45,769 nt of DNA from Dehalococcoidia bacterium UBA3088 (lineage in GTDB: Bacteria > Chloroflexota > Dehalococcoidia > UBA2247 > UBA3088), in NCBI GenBank assembly GCA_002367275.1, contig DFBE01000066.1:1-45769 (forward strand), given 5' to 3'. The notes beneath the pieces are model-generated. The model was given only the letters and a program-made list of their open reading frames with translations, was not told the origin of the DNA and ran no database searches. Shown here piece after piece: positions 1-8,970 of the stretch; position 1 is the stretch's first letter; every line of letters starts with the position of its first letter. Made by a program: the position numbers and the translations under genes.

Positions 1-576
1 ACTCATGGAGTGCTTAAGCTGGAGGATTTTAAGGGAAGCTGGCTAATTCTCTTTTCCCACCCGGCAGATTTCACTCCCGTATGTACTACCGAGTTTATGG
101 CCTTTGCTGAGATCTACGCTGAGTTGCGAAAGAGAGGTGTGGAGCTTTTAGGCTTGAGCGTTGACAGCGTCTCCTCACACATCGCCTGGACACGTAACGT
201 GGAGGAAAAAATGGGGGTGAAAATACCCTTCCCTATAATCGCCGACCTTGATAAAGAGGTTTCTCTGGCCTATGGCATGATCCATCCCAGTGAGAGTAAG
301 ACGGAGACTGTCAGATGTGTATTCGTAATTGACCCCACCCAGATCATCCGCACCATACTTTATTATCCCCTGACCACGGGCAGAAACATGGATGAGATAA
401 TAAGGATAGTAGATGCTTTGCAAACGACTGATGCCCATCACGTAGCTACTCCCGCCAATTGGAGGCCAGGTGACAAGGTAATCGTGCCCGCGCCTAACAC
501 CCAGGAGATGGCCGAAGAAAGGCTCAAGGAGGAGTATGAGTGTAAGGACTGGTATCTCTGTCTGAAGAAGGTTTAG
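1..576 (+). CDS. Peroxiredoxin, Prx6/archaeal type; 5' end runs off the window
   Basis: Frame 1 is open from nt 1 (T-H-G precedes the track start at 10), so the N-terminus is missing. Peroxidatic-Cys motif [16 protein letters not shown]-terminal CKDWYLC cysteine pair. TAG stop at 574-576. Confidence 0.9.
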   Translation, partial: THGVLKLEDFKGSWLILFSHPADFTPVCTTEFMAFAEIYAELRKRGVELLGLSVDSVSSHIAWTRNVEEKMGVKIPFPIIADLDKEVSLAYGMIHPSESKTETVRCVFVIDPTQIIRTILYYPLTTGRNMDEIIRIVDALQTTDAHHVATPANWRPGDKVIVPAPNTQEMAEERLKEEYECKDWYLCLKKV

Positions 577-597
577 TCTCAGAGTAGGAGGTGTATT

Positions 598-816
598 ATG
601 GGGTGCATTAGCCCTGATGGTAAGCCAACAGAATCGGGCAGAAAAATGTTAGCTGCCCTGCAAAAGGGGATGAGGTCTCCTGAAGATATAGTCAGGGAAG
701 CGGGCCTTCCTCTGTTTCGGGTGAGAAGTGGTCTCAGGGATATTGTGGGAGCGGGTCTGGCTGAGCAGAAGGGCGAGAGTTATGATATCACCACTAAGGG
801 GCTTGAACTCCTCTAA
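598..816 (+). CDS. Small hypothetical protein (72 aa), possibly winged-helix-like
   Basis: ATG preceded by AGGAGGTG. Located 21 nt after the peroxiredoxin stop. Helix-rich sequence with no recognisable catalytic motif. Confidence 0.55.
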   Translation: MGCISPDGKPTESGRKMLAALQKGMRSPEDIVREAGLPLFRVRSGLRDIVGAGLAEQKGESYDITTKGLELL

Positions 817-873
817 TTGGCAATTAAAGACCATTCCAGGGAAAAAATGTAATAAATAAAAGGAGGTAATAAG

Positions 874-1365
874 ATGCTAGGTGAGAAAATGTTGAATGCG
901 CTGAATAAACAGGTCAACAATGAGATGTATTCTGCCTATCTATATATGTCCATGTCTGCCTACAGTACATATATCGGGCTGAAAGGATTTGCTAACTGGT
1001 TTATGGTTCAGTATCAAGAGGAGATGGTACACGCCATGAAAATCTACGACTACATCAATAGCCAAGATGGGCAGGTAAAGCTTATGGCTATTGCACAACC
1101 GCCAACAGAATTTGCATCGCCCCTGGATATGTTTGGGAAGACCCTGGAGCATGAGAAGTTTATCACAAAGTGTATCAATGATCTGGTTGACCTTGCCATG
1201 GAGGAAAAGGACCATGCTACCAATATCTTCCTTCAATGGTTTGTTACTGAGCAGATCGAAGAGGAGGCCAACGACAATGAAGTCATATCCAAGTTTAAAC
1301 TGGTGGGGGAAAGTGGCAATGCCTTGCTTATGATTGATAAAGAGCTGGCAGCAAGGCAAAAGTGA
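874..1365 (+). CDS. ftn: Ferritin (non-heme, bacterial Ftn type)
   Basis: AGGAGG Shine-Dalgarno upstream. LNKQVNNEMYSAYLYMSMSAY...QEEMVHAMKIYDY matches the ferritin ferroxidase-centre helices (E, ExxH). Confidence 0.9.
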   Translation: MLGEKMLNALNKQVNNEMYSAYLYMSMSAYSTYIGLKGFANWFMVQYQEEMVHAMKIYDYINSQDGQVKLMAIAQPPTEFASPLDMFGKTLEHEKFITKCINDLVDLAMEEKDHATNIFLQWFVTEQIEEEANDNEVISKFKLVGESGNALLMIDKELAARQK

Positions 1366-1485
1366 ATGAGGAGAAAATGATAGCAGCAGATTTAAGGAAA
1401 CTGTGGCTTTGGGAGTCAAGGGCAATGAAATATAAGAGGTCGAATTTAGCAGTAAATCTGCAACAAATGACCGGGAGGTGAAAAT

Positions 1486-1767
1486 ATGTTATCGAAAATA
1501 CCCATAGGCCTTGAGAAAGTAGAAAAGGGAAACCTGGACAAAGAGATATTAAGGGTTGGAATAATAGCTGAGTTAGACGCTATAAACCTTTATGAGCAGA
1601 TGGCAGCTATGACTGAGAGTGAAAATATTAGAAAAGTTCTCCTGGATATAGCCAAAGAAGAAAAGGCACATGTGGGGGAATTTCAGGCTCTACTGTTGAA
1701 AGAAGATAGGGAGCAAGAAAAAGAGTTGGAGGAGGGCAGAAAGGAAGCCGAAGAGTTGACCAGATAA
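1486..1767 (+). CDS. Two-helix half-ferritin (EncFtn-like / small rubrerythrin-family protein)
   Basis: 93 aa. AELDAINLYEQ (Glu ligand) plus AKEEKAHVGEF (ExxH) gives one half of a diiron site. GGGAGGTG Shine-Dalgarno upstream. Confidence 0.7.
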   Translation: MLSKIPIGLEKVEKGNLDKEILRVGIIAELDAINLYEQMAAMTESENIRKVLLDIAKEEKAHVGEFQALLLKEDREQEKELEEGRKEAEELTR

Positions 1768-1782
1768 AGAAACGAGGGTCAG

Positions 1783-3408
1783 ATGAAAGGATTTAAGATA
1801 TCACAGGTTATTGTTGGCCTATTGCTTGCCACTACAGTAGTCTTCGGATTTTCCGGGGGCCAGATATCTGCGGTAGATTTATTAACCACACCAGACGATC
1901 ACCATCACGGTGATAATTATGAAAGCTCCCATCATAACCAGGCAACTGAAAAGGAAGGAGGTAATATCACTATGGACGAGAAAGAAAAATACTTGACCAC
2001 CAACCAGGGTGCCCCCATAGATGATAACCAGAGCTCCCTCACGGCTGGTGAAAGAGGGCCGACTCTTCTTGAGGACTACCAATTCATAGAGAAACTGGCT
2101 CATTTCGATCGTGAACGAACTCCAGAGCGGGTGGTGCATGCCCGGGGAACAGGCGCCTACGGCTACTTTGAAGCCTACGGCAATGTCGGTCAATATACCT
2201 GTGCAAAATTCCTCCAGGAGAAGGGTAAGCACACCCCGGTATTTGTGAGAGTTTCTACAGTTATTCACTCCAAGGGATCGCCCGAAACGGCACGCGACCC
2301 CCGAGGGTTTGCGGTCAAGTTATATACCGAGGAAGGTAACTACGATATAGTAGGTAACAACCTGCCCATTTTCTTCATCAGAGACGCCATCAAATTCCCC
2401 GATGTTATCCACTCGTTAAAGCCTGACCCGGTGACCAATATACAGGATCCGAATAGATACTGGGACTTCTTCTCCCACACCCCAGAGGCTACTAACATGA
2501 TAACCTATGTGTGGTCGGACCTGGGTATACCCAAAAATTACCGACACATGAACGGGTTTGGCGTTAACACCTTTGTGTGGGTCAACGCCGAGGGCAAGAG
2601 AACTTACATCAAGTACCACTGGATTTCAAAGCAGGGGGTGGAAAGCTTAACCCGTAAGGAGGCAGGGGAAGTGAGCGGCAATGATCCTCAGCACGCCACC
2701 CGGGATCTGTATAATGCCATCGCCAGAGGTGATTATCCAGAGTGGGAATTCTGTGTGCAACTGATGGATCCCCAAAAGGAATCAGAACTGGACTTCGACC
2801 CTCTGGATGATACCAAGATCTGGCCTGAGGATGAGTTTCCTCTTTTGCCCATAGGCAAGATGGTGTTAAACCGCAATCCAGAGAACTTCTTCGCCGAGGT
2901 GGAGCAGGCTGCATTTGCTCCCGCGGTCATGGTGCCAGGGATTGAGCCTTCAGCGGATAAAATGCTACAAGGACGTATGTTTGCCTATCCCGATACGCAA
3001 CGCCATCGCATCGGGCCCAATTACTTAGACATCCCCATCAACCGACCCAAGGTAGAGGTTAACAACAATCAAAGCGACGGCTACATGACCATGAGCAATC
3101 CATCTGGCTCCATCAACTACGAACCCAGCAGTCTGCCTGGTGCATTGAAGGAAGCCCCACCCTATCCCAAATCTAAGGCACATATCGAGGGGCAAACCGG
3201 ACGGGCGAAGATCACTAAGACCAATGACTTTGAACAAGCGGGGGAACTTTACCGGAGCATGTCCAAGACCGAGCAGGATCGTCTGATAGATAATCTGGTC
3301 TTTGACTTAAAGGATGTGGATAGGCCTATCCAGGAGCAGATGGTTTCTTACTTCTCGAAGGCAGATAGAGAGTATGGGAGGCGTGTGGCCCAAGGCCTGG
3401 GCATATAA
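1783..3408 (+). CDS. kat: Monofunctional heme catalase with N-terminal signal/TM segment and His-rich linker
   Basis: FDRERTPERVVHARGTGAYGYFE (distal His) and RMFAYPDTQRHRIGPNY (proximal Tyr). N-terminus MKGFKISQVIVGLLLATTVVFGFSGGQISA followed by PDDHHHGDNYESSHHNQ. Confidence 0.92.
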   Translation: MKGFKISQVIVGLLLATTVVFGFSGGQISAVDLLTTPDDHHHGDNYESSHHNQATEKEGGNITMDEKEKYLTTNQGAPIDDNQSSLTAGERGPTLLEDYQFIEKLAHFDRERTPERVVHARGTGAYGYFEAYGNVGQYTCAKFLQEKGKHTPVFVRVSTVIHSKGSPETARDPRGFAVKLYTEEGNYDIVGNNLPIFFIRDAIKFPDVIHSLKPDPVTNIQDPNRYWDFFSHTPEATNMITYVWSDLGIPKNYRHMNGFGVNTFVWVNAEGKRTYIKYHWISKQGVESLTRKEAGEVSGNDPQHATRDLYNAIARGDYPEWEFCVQLMDPQKESELDFDPLDDTKIWPEDEFPLLPIGKMVLNRNPENFFAEVEQAAFAPAVMVPGIEPSADKMLQGRMFAYPDTQRHRIGPNYLDIPINRPKVEVNNNQSDGYMTMSNPSGSINYEPSSLPGALKEAPPYPKSKAHIEGQTGRAKITKTNDFEQAGELYRSMSKTEQDRLIDNLVFDLKDVDRPIQEQMVSYFSKADREYGRRVAQGLGI

Positions 3409-3437
3409 TTACCAGGCTAATTGATGCGAAAGGAGAT

Positions 3438-4418
3438 ATGATGAAGAAACCTGGAAAGATGTGGAAGCTGACAACAGCCATCCTGACCGCTGGTTTAGTA
3501 GTCGTAGCTCTTCCCTCAGTTCCTTTGCAAAGTCAGTCTCTAAAAGATTGTCCCTGCCCTTCGGGAGAAGGGGAAGTAAAGTGGGTATCCACACATTGGC
3601 TCCTAAACCATCTAGAGGACACCAACATTATAATCATCGATGCTCAGCCCACAATCTGGGATTACACCAGTAAACACATACCGGGAGCGATTTACTTGAA
3701 TGAGAATATCTTCCGCTTTCATAAGGGCCTAAGCCCCTCATCCTATATACCTGCCCAAGCTGTTGAGCCCATCTTTCAGGCCATGGGCCTCGACCCTGAG
3801 GTTCCAGCGGTGGTCTACACGGGTAAGGGGGCTCATTCGGGCAAGGGTGATGGCCTGGAGCAAACTCATGTAGCTTATTGCCTTGCCAGATACGGGCATA
3901 ACCATGTCTATGTCCTGGATGGGGGGTTTGAAAAGTGGATCACTGAAGGGAAACCGGTAACACAGGTATATGCCCAAACTAAAAGTTCCCATTTCAAGGT
4001 CGAAAACAGGATAACAGAGTATGCTATCTCCATGGAAGAAGTAAAGAGGCTAAAGGCTAACCCGGATGTTGTGCTTATTGATGCCCGGCCTGCCTCCGTT
4101 TATCAGGGCCAGGGACCCTGGAGCAAACCAGGGCATATACCCGGGGCGGTGAATTTACCCTGGAAGACTCTGATGGATGAAGATAATCCCCGTCTGCTAA
4201 AGCCAGAGGCAGAGATAAAATCTATTCTGAGGGAGCATAGAGTTACACCGGATAAGGCCATCATCTGCTCCTGTGGTACCAGTCGCGAGGCCACCGCGGA
4301 GTTTATTCTTCTCAAGTGGTATCTTGGTTACCCCGATGTTTTGCTGTATGAGGGATCCTTCACTGAGTGGAGCGCCTATCCGGAAAACCCCACAGTGACT
4401 GGACCGAATCCCTGGTAG
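3438..4418 (+). CDS. Tandem-rhodanese sulfurtransferase with predicted signal peptide
   Basis: Two rhodanese homology domains; the second carries the active-site loop CSCGTSR. N-terminus KKPGKMWKLTTAILTAGLVVVALPSVP is hydrophobic and signal-like. Confidence 0.85.
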   Translation: MMKKPGKMWKLTTAILTAGLVVVALPSVPLQSQSLKDCPCPSGEGEVKWVSTHWLLNHLEDTNIIIIDAQPTIWDYTSKHIPGAIYLNENIFRFHKGLSPSSYIPAQAVEPIFQAMGLDPEVPAVVYTGKGAHSGKGDGLEQTHVAYCLARYGHNHVYVLDGGFEKWITEGKPVTQVYAQTKSSHFKVENRITEYAISMEEVKRLKANPDVVLIDARPASVYQGQGPWSKPGHIPGAVNLPWKTLMDEDNPRLLKPEAEIKSILREHRVTPDKAIICSCGTSREATAEFILLKWYLGYPDVLLYEGSFTEWSAYPENPTVTGPNPW

Positions 4419-4433
4419 AATAAGGAGGCGAGC

Positions 4434-5042
4434 ATGTGGGAATGCGCTGTATGTCATCATGTTGAGCTAGGCATAGAGGCTCCGTCTAAATGCCCAGTTT
4501 GTGATGCTCCCCAAGAGAAATTCATACCGTATGAGAGTAAACTAATTAAAGGGACCAAGACTTTACAGAATTTAAAAGCTGGCTTCATCGGGGAAGCTCA
4601 AGCCCACCAGAGAAACTTAGCCTTTGCTATGAAGGCAGAAGAGGAGGAACTGCCTCAGATAGCTAAATTATTCCGTGCTATAGCCGAAGCTGAGGCAGTT
4701 CATGCCTTCAATCACCTCAGGTTTTTGGGTGTGGTGAAAGATACCCAGAGCAACCTTGAAACTGCTTTTGAGAGGGAAACCATGGCCGAGGTTAAGATGT
4801 ATCCCCAGTTTATAAAGGAAGCTGAAGAAGAGGGTAATCCTGGTGTAGCTTTGACCTTTAGCCGGGCTCGAGACGTAGAGCGTGAGCATGCTCGTCTGTA
4901 TAAGAGAGCCTTAGATCACCTGATAGCGGAAAGGGAGACCACTTACTATATTTGCAGTGTTTGCGGGTATGTCTCTGACGGCATTCTTCCTGATGAATGC
5001 CCTATATGTGGGGCAAGTAAGGATAAGTTCAGGAAGATTTAG
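4434..5042 (+). CDS. rbr: Rubrerythrin with rubredoxin-like CxxC pairs at both termini
   Basis: N-terminal CAVC...CPVC. Central ferritin-like four-helix region (EAQAHQRN, EAEAVHAF, EREHARLY). C-terminal CSVCGY...CPICGA. Confidence 0.88.
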   Translation: MWECAVCHHVELGIEAPSKCPVCDAPQEKFIPYESKLIKGTKTLQNLKAGFIGEAQAHQRNLAFAMKAEEEELPQIAKLFRAIAEAEAVHAFNHLRFLGVVKDTQSNLETAFERETMAEVKMYPQFIKEAEEEGNPGVALTFSRARDVEREHARLYKRALDHLIAERETTYYICSVCGYVSDGILPDECPICGASKDKFRKI

Positions 5043-5283
5043 CTTTTAGAGAGCAAGCCAGAATTAAAAAGGAGACAGGTAAGGGTTAGCGCCGATACTA
5101 CCGCTTTCATTAGAAAAGCGCTGTGATATCCTATTCTGGGAATGTTATGTTGGGGCTTAGCGTATAGTCCAGGTTTATTTGATAGCCTGCGAAAATCTAC
5201 TTAGATAACCTGAAGTGTAGAAAGAGAATAAGTCAGTTATCCTATTATTAGGTAATTGGTTGGTATGTTGTGAGGAGTGAAAA

Positions 5284-6087
5284 ATGTTAGAAGATAAGCC
5301 TGGAAACCCCAAAGATGTTAAAAAGCGATTTGATGAGATCTCAAGAACCTATGACGAGATGGGAGAGACGTTTGAGAGCAAGCTGGGGCAACGCTTACGC
5401 TCAGAACTGATAGAGGAACATCTACCTAAGGGTGTGAATGCAAAGGTCTTAGATGCCGGTGGGGGAACAGGTAGGACAACACTACCTCTGGCCAAAATGG
5501 GATATCACGTAACATTATGCGATATATCACCTGGCATGCTCGATGTTGCGAGGGAGAAATTAAGCAAACAAAGATTATTAGATAAGGTAGAGGTCAAAGA
5601 GGCCGATATTGCTTCCCTTCCATTTGCAGACGAGACCTTCGATTTTATCATCTGCCTAGCTGGCCCCCTTTCGCTCGCTGATTCCTTAAAGGCAGCCAAG
5701 GAACTAGTCCGAGTAATGGAAAAGGAGGGAAAAATCATTGTTGATGCTTTCGGCCGTTACCAGGCTGGAATGCGTGAACTTAGCAAGCACCCAGAGGTAG
5801 CATTAAAATTGGTCAAGTTTGAATTGAACCATGGTTATGATGTTCACGGTGACTGGGGTAGAGTATTTGGCCCTGAAGAACTAAAAGGGCTGTTTGAAAG
5901 AAATGGAGTAAGAGTTATTGGGGTGTACGGCAGGTTTACGGAAATACTCCCAGAAGAGATTCGGGAGGCAAAGCAATGGGACGAGGAGCTATTCTCCAAG
6001 GTTTTTGAGATGATGATGCATTTGGCTAAGGAACCATCAATCATTGGAATGGCGGAGGATTTAATCCTGGTGGGAGAGAAAATATAG
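5284..6087 (+). CDS. Class I SAM-dependent methyltransferase
   Basis: Motif I VLDAGGGTGRTT followed by an acidic loop (CDISPGML). Confidence 0.8.
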   Translation: MLEDKPGNPKDVKKRFDEISRTYDEMGETFESKLGQRLRSELIEEHLPKGVNAKVLDAGGGTGRTTLPLAKMGYHVTLCDISPGMLDVAREKLSKQRLLDKVEVKEADIASLPFADETFDFIICLAGPLSLADSLKAAKELVRVMEKEGKIIVDAFGRYQAGMRELSKHPEVALKLVKFELNHGYDVHGDWGRVFGPEELKGLFERNGVRVIGVYGRFTEILPEEIREAKQWDEELFSKVFEMMMHLAKEPSIIGMAEDLILVGEKI

Positions 6088-6145
6088 TAGTTAAAAGGCA
6101 GGAAATGAGGTAAAACATCATAAACAGGAAGGGAGGTTAAAGTTT

Positions 6146-7849
6146 ATGAATGGCGACACGTCAAAGATGGATGTCGAAGATGAGAAGAGAATACTCATAG
6201 TTGGAGGTGTGGCGGGTGGTGCAACTTGTGCTGCTCGGGCACGCCGGCTTTCGGAAAAGGCAGAGGTAATCATCTTTGAGCGTGGCCCCTATGTTTCATT
6301 TGCCAACTGCGGCCTGCCGTACTATGTTGGTGATGTCATTACTGAAGAGGAAAACCTTCTGGTTGCCACCGCTGAGTTATTCAAGGAGAGATTCAATATC
6401 GATGTCAGGACCGAAAGCAATGTTCTATCTATCGATAGGGAAAGAAATGAGATTAAAGTGAAGGATCTGAAAACCGCTTCCGTGTACCATGAAAGATATG
6501 ATGCTCTGGTACTTTCTCCAGGAGCAGCACCTATTCGGCCTCCACTTCCTGGTGTAAATCTTCCCGGTATTTTTGCTCTCCGGACAATTCCAGATAGCCG
6601 CCAGATCAGGGAATGGATTATCCAGAGAAATGTGAAAAATGCCATCATCGTCGGGGGCGGTTTCATCGGGTTGGAAATGGCCGAGAATCTGGTAAAACGT
6701 GGTATCTCAATAGCAATAGTTGAAATGCAAGCACAGGTGATGCCATCATTTGACCCAGAGATGGCCGCACCAATCCATGACCATCTAACTGCTCATGGCG
6801 TATCCCTTCACCTTGGTGATCCTGTGGCAGGGTTCGAACAAAACACCGATGGGACAATTTCTGTCAGTACTAAATCGGGTAATGCGTATACCGCGGACCT
6901 GGTTATCTTGGCCATTGGTATTCGCCCAGAAACTACTCTGGCTAGGGAGGCCGGACTGGAGATTGGAGCCCGTGGTGGCATACGGGTGGACGATCAAATG
7001 CGTACCGGTGATGAGCGAATCTGGGCAGTTGGCGATGCCGTCGAGGTGCGAGATTTCATTACTGGCAAATGGATTAATATTCCACTGGCTGGCCCTGCCC
7101 ATCGGCAAGGAAGAATTGCCGCGGGAGCTATTCTGGGGCGTGATGTCAGGTTTCGTGGCGTTCAAGCTACAGCAGTCTGTAGTGTATTTGGTATGACCAT
7201 TGCCTCAACTGGCGCCAGTGAAAAAACGCTGAAACAGGTTTATGCTGCCGACCAACCTGTGCATTACGGGAAGATATATCTATACCCGGGTCATCATGTT
7301 GAGTACTACCCCGGCGCAGAACCCATTGCTTTGAAGTTAATCTTTTCTACTAAAGACGGAAAAGTTCTGGGTGCTCAAGCAGTAGGTATGGAGGGAGTGG
7401 ATAAGCGTATTGATGTCATCGCTCAAGCTATTCAACGGAATTCAACCGTTTTCGACCTCGAAGAAGCTGAACTCTGCTATGCGCCGCAGTTTGGCGCAGC
7501 TAAGGATCCAGTAAACGTTGCCGGGATGATAGCAGCCAATGCCCTGCGGGGTGATGCTCCAATCGCCCATTGGGAGGATCTTGCTGAAACAGATGCCCTG
7601 ATTGTTGATGTCCGAAGCGCTGCCGATTTTGAAGCTGGTCATATAGAGGGAGCACTGAACATTCCCCTTGCCGAACTTCGTACGCGGATGACTGAGCTTC
7701 CACATGATCGCAAGATATGGGTCTACTGCAGGGTAGGACAGAGGTCATATTATGCTACCCGTGCGCTACGCCTGAATGGATTCAACACTCAAAATCTTTC
7801 CGGTGGTTTTCAAACCTACCAAAGTATGAGGCAGTTCATATCTCAGTAG
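6146..7849 (+). CDS. CoA-disulfide reductase / NADH-dependent persulfide reductase with C-terminal rhodanese domain (CoADR-RHD/Npsr type)
   Basis: GGVAGGATCA FAD fold. Redox Cys in SFANCGLPYY. Second dinucleotide fold VGGGFIGLE. C-terminal rhodanese with YCRVGQRS loop. Confidence 0.88.
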   Translation: MNGDTSKMDVEDEKRILIVGGVAGGATCAARARRLSEKAEVIIFERGPYVSFANCGLPYYVGDVITEEENLLVATAELFKERFNIDVRTESNVLSIDRERNEIKVKDLKTASVYHERYDALVLSPGAAPIRPPLPGVNLPGIFALRTIPDSRQIREWIIQRNVKNAIIVGGGFIGLEMAENLVKRGISIAIVEMQAQVMPSFDPEMAAPIHDHLTAHGVSLHLGDPVAGFEQNTDGTISVSTKSGNAYTADLVILAIGIRPETTLAREAGLEIGARGGIRVDDQMRTGDERIWAVGDAVEVRDFITGKWINIPLAGPAHRQGRIAAGAILGRDVRFRGVQATAVCSVFGMTIASTGASEKTLKQVYAADQPVHYGKIYLYPGHHVEYYPGAEPIALKLIFSTKDGKVLGAQAVGMEGVDKRIDVIAQAIQRNSTVFDLEEAELCYAPQFGAAKDPVNVAGMIAANALRGDAPIAHWEDLAETDALIVDVRSAADFEAGHIEGALNIPLAELRTRMTELPHDRKIWVYCRVGQRSYYATRALRLNGFNTQNLSGGFQTYQSMRQFISQ

Positions 7850-7924
7850 AGTTGCCATCGATATATAATATGGGGATGACAATTCCCTAGGAGATGCCAA
7901 AGAAAGGGCTTATTAAATAGGGAT

Positions 7925-8596
7925 ATGGCTGTCCAGGTAGAGTTTCTGGAGTCTATTCCTTACTTTTCAGGATTGAGCCTTGACGCGCTGGATTCAGTCA
8001 GGGAGCTCATCTTTGAGAGAACGTCCGAAAGGGATGAGTTGATCGTACTCGAGGGTGAGTCGGCTGAGGCATTATATTTCGTCATCTCCGGAGCGGTGAA
8101 GATGTTCAAGACTTCTGTTGAGGGAAAAGAGCAGATTCTGAGCATTGTGCGCCCAGGGGAGTCCTTCAACGATATCTCTGTTTTCGATGGTGGGCCGAAT
8201 CCGGCTAGCGTCCAGGCCATGGGACCAGCCGTCCTTTACGGGATAAGAAGGAATGATCTGGAGGTTATCCTCCGGGATCACCCCCAGGTAGCCCTGAATG
8301 TAATTCAAGTTCTGTCCCAGAAGATGCGACATCTGATGTCCCTGGTCGAAGATCTATCTTTCAGGCACGTTACGGGCAGGATAGCCAAGATACTCTTGGG
8401 GCACGCTGGTAATGGAACAGGCCCCCAACCGCGGCTCACACAACAGGAGATGGCAGCTATGGCAGGCACTGTCCGGGAGGTAGTCGGCAGGTCACTTAAA
8501 GCCTTAGAAGAAGAAGGAGCCATCAGGTTGGATCGCCACCGCATTGTAATTACCGACAAGAAAGCTCTTAAAAACATGGTGGAGGCATATTCTTGA
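7925..8596 (+). CDS. Crp/Fnr-family transcriptional regulator
   Basis: cNMP-binding beta-barrel region (LIVLEGESAEALYFVISGAVKMFK) and C-terminal HTH (TQQEMAAMAGTVREVVGRSLKALEEEG). No N-terminal Fnr-type Cys cluster. Confidence 0.88.
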   Translation: MAVQVEFLESIPYFSGLSLDALDSVRELIFERTSERDELIVLEGESAEALYFVISGAVKMFKTSVEGKEQILSIVRPGESFNDISVFDGGPNPASVQAMGPAVLYGIRRNDLEVILRDHPQVALNVIQVLSQKMRHLMSLVEDLSFRHVTGRIAKILLGHAGNGTGPQPRLTQQEMAAMAGTVREVVGRSLKALEEEGAIRLDRHRIVITDKKALKNMVEAYS

Positions 8597-8645
8597 GACA
8601 AAGGTCGCAGACAGACAGTCAACTCCCATCTTAATATGATTACGG

Positions 8646-8867
8646 ATGGAGGCTAATAGAGTGGTGGAAATGCCGGTTGTAGACCAGGAAAAGTGTAATG
8701 GATGCGGACTATGTATCAACGTTTGCCATTGTAACGCCCTGGTGCTGGTTAACAACGTCATAACTGTCATCGAAACGGAGGAGTGTGAGTGGTGCACTCA
8801 GTGCGAAGCTGTCTGTCCCACCGGGGCCATAAGCTGCCCCTTTGAGATAGTTATCGAAGAACACTAA
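8646..8867 (+). CDS. 2x[4Fe-4S] ferredoxin
   Basis: CNGCGLCINVC and CEWCTQCEAVCP motifs. The true start may be the internal ATG at 8670 (MPVVDQEKC). Confidence 0.85.
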   Translation: MEANRVVEMPVVDQEKCNGCGLCINVCHCNALVLVNNVITVIETEECEWCTQCEAVCPTGAISCPFEIVIEEH

Positions 8868-8970
8868 AGGCAGCATTTTCCTTTCCCTGCATCCCCAATG
8901 AGATAAAAGTCACATACAAGGATTATCTTTTTACCTAAAATAAGCTTGATTAGGAGAAGCGGAGGTAGCT

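Noticed and set aside
940-1425. 161-aa minus-strand ORF antisense to the ferritin gene. The same class of long antisense ORFs occurs at 9392..9886, 23756..24241, 25711..26199, 27163..27774, 34398..34799 and 43936..44481.
   Set aside because: Each lies wholly inside a well-supported gene on the opposite strand. Each has Ser/Arg/Pro/Leu-rich, low-complexity translations and lacks recognisable motifs or Shine-Dalgarno sequences. They are typical shadow ORFs.
5122-5134. 13-nt string TGTGATATCCTAT shared by two intergenic regions (5122-5134 and 21077-21089), considered as a CRP-type operator.
   Set aside because: A 13-nt exact match is expected several times by chance in a 45.8-kb window. Neither copy has the second TCACA half-site of a CRP palindrome.
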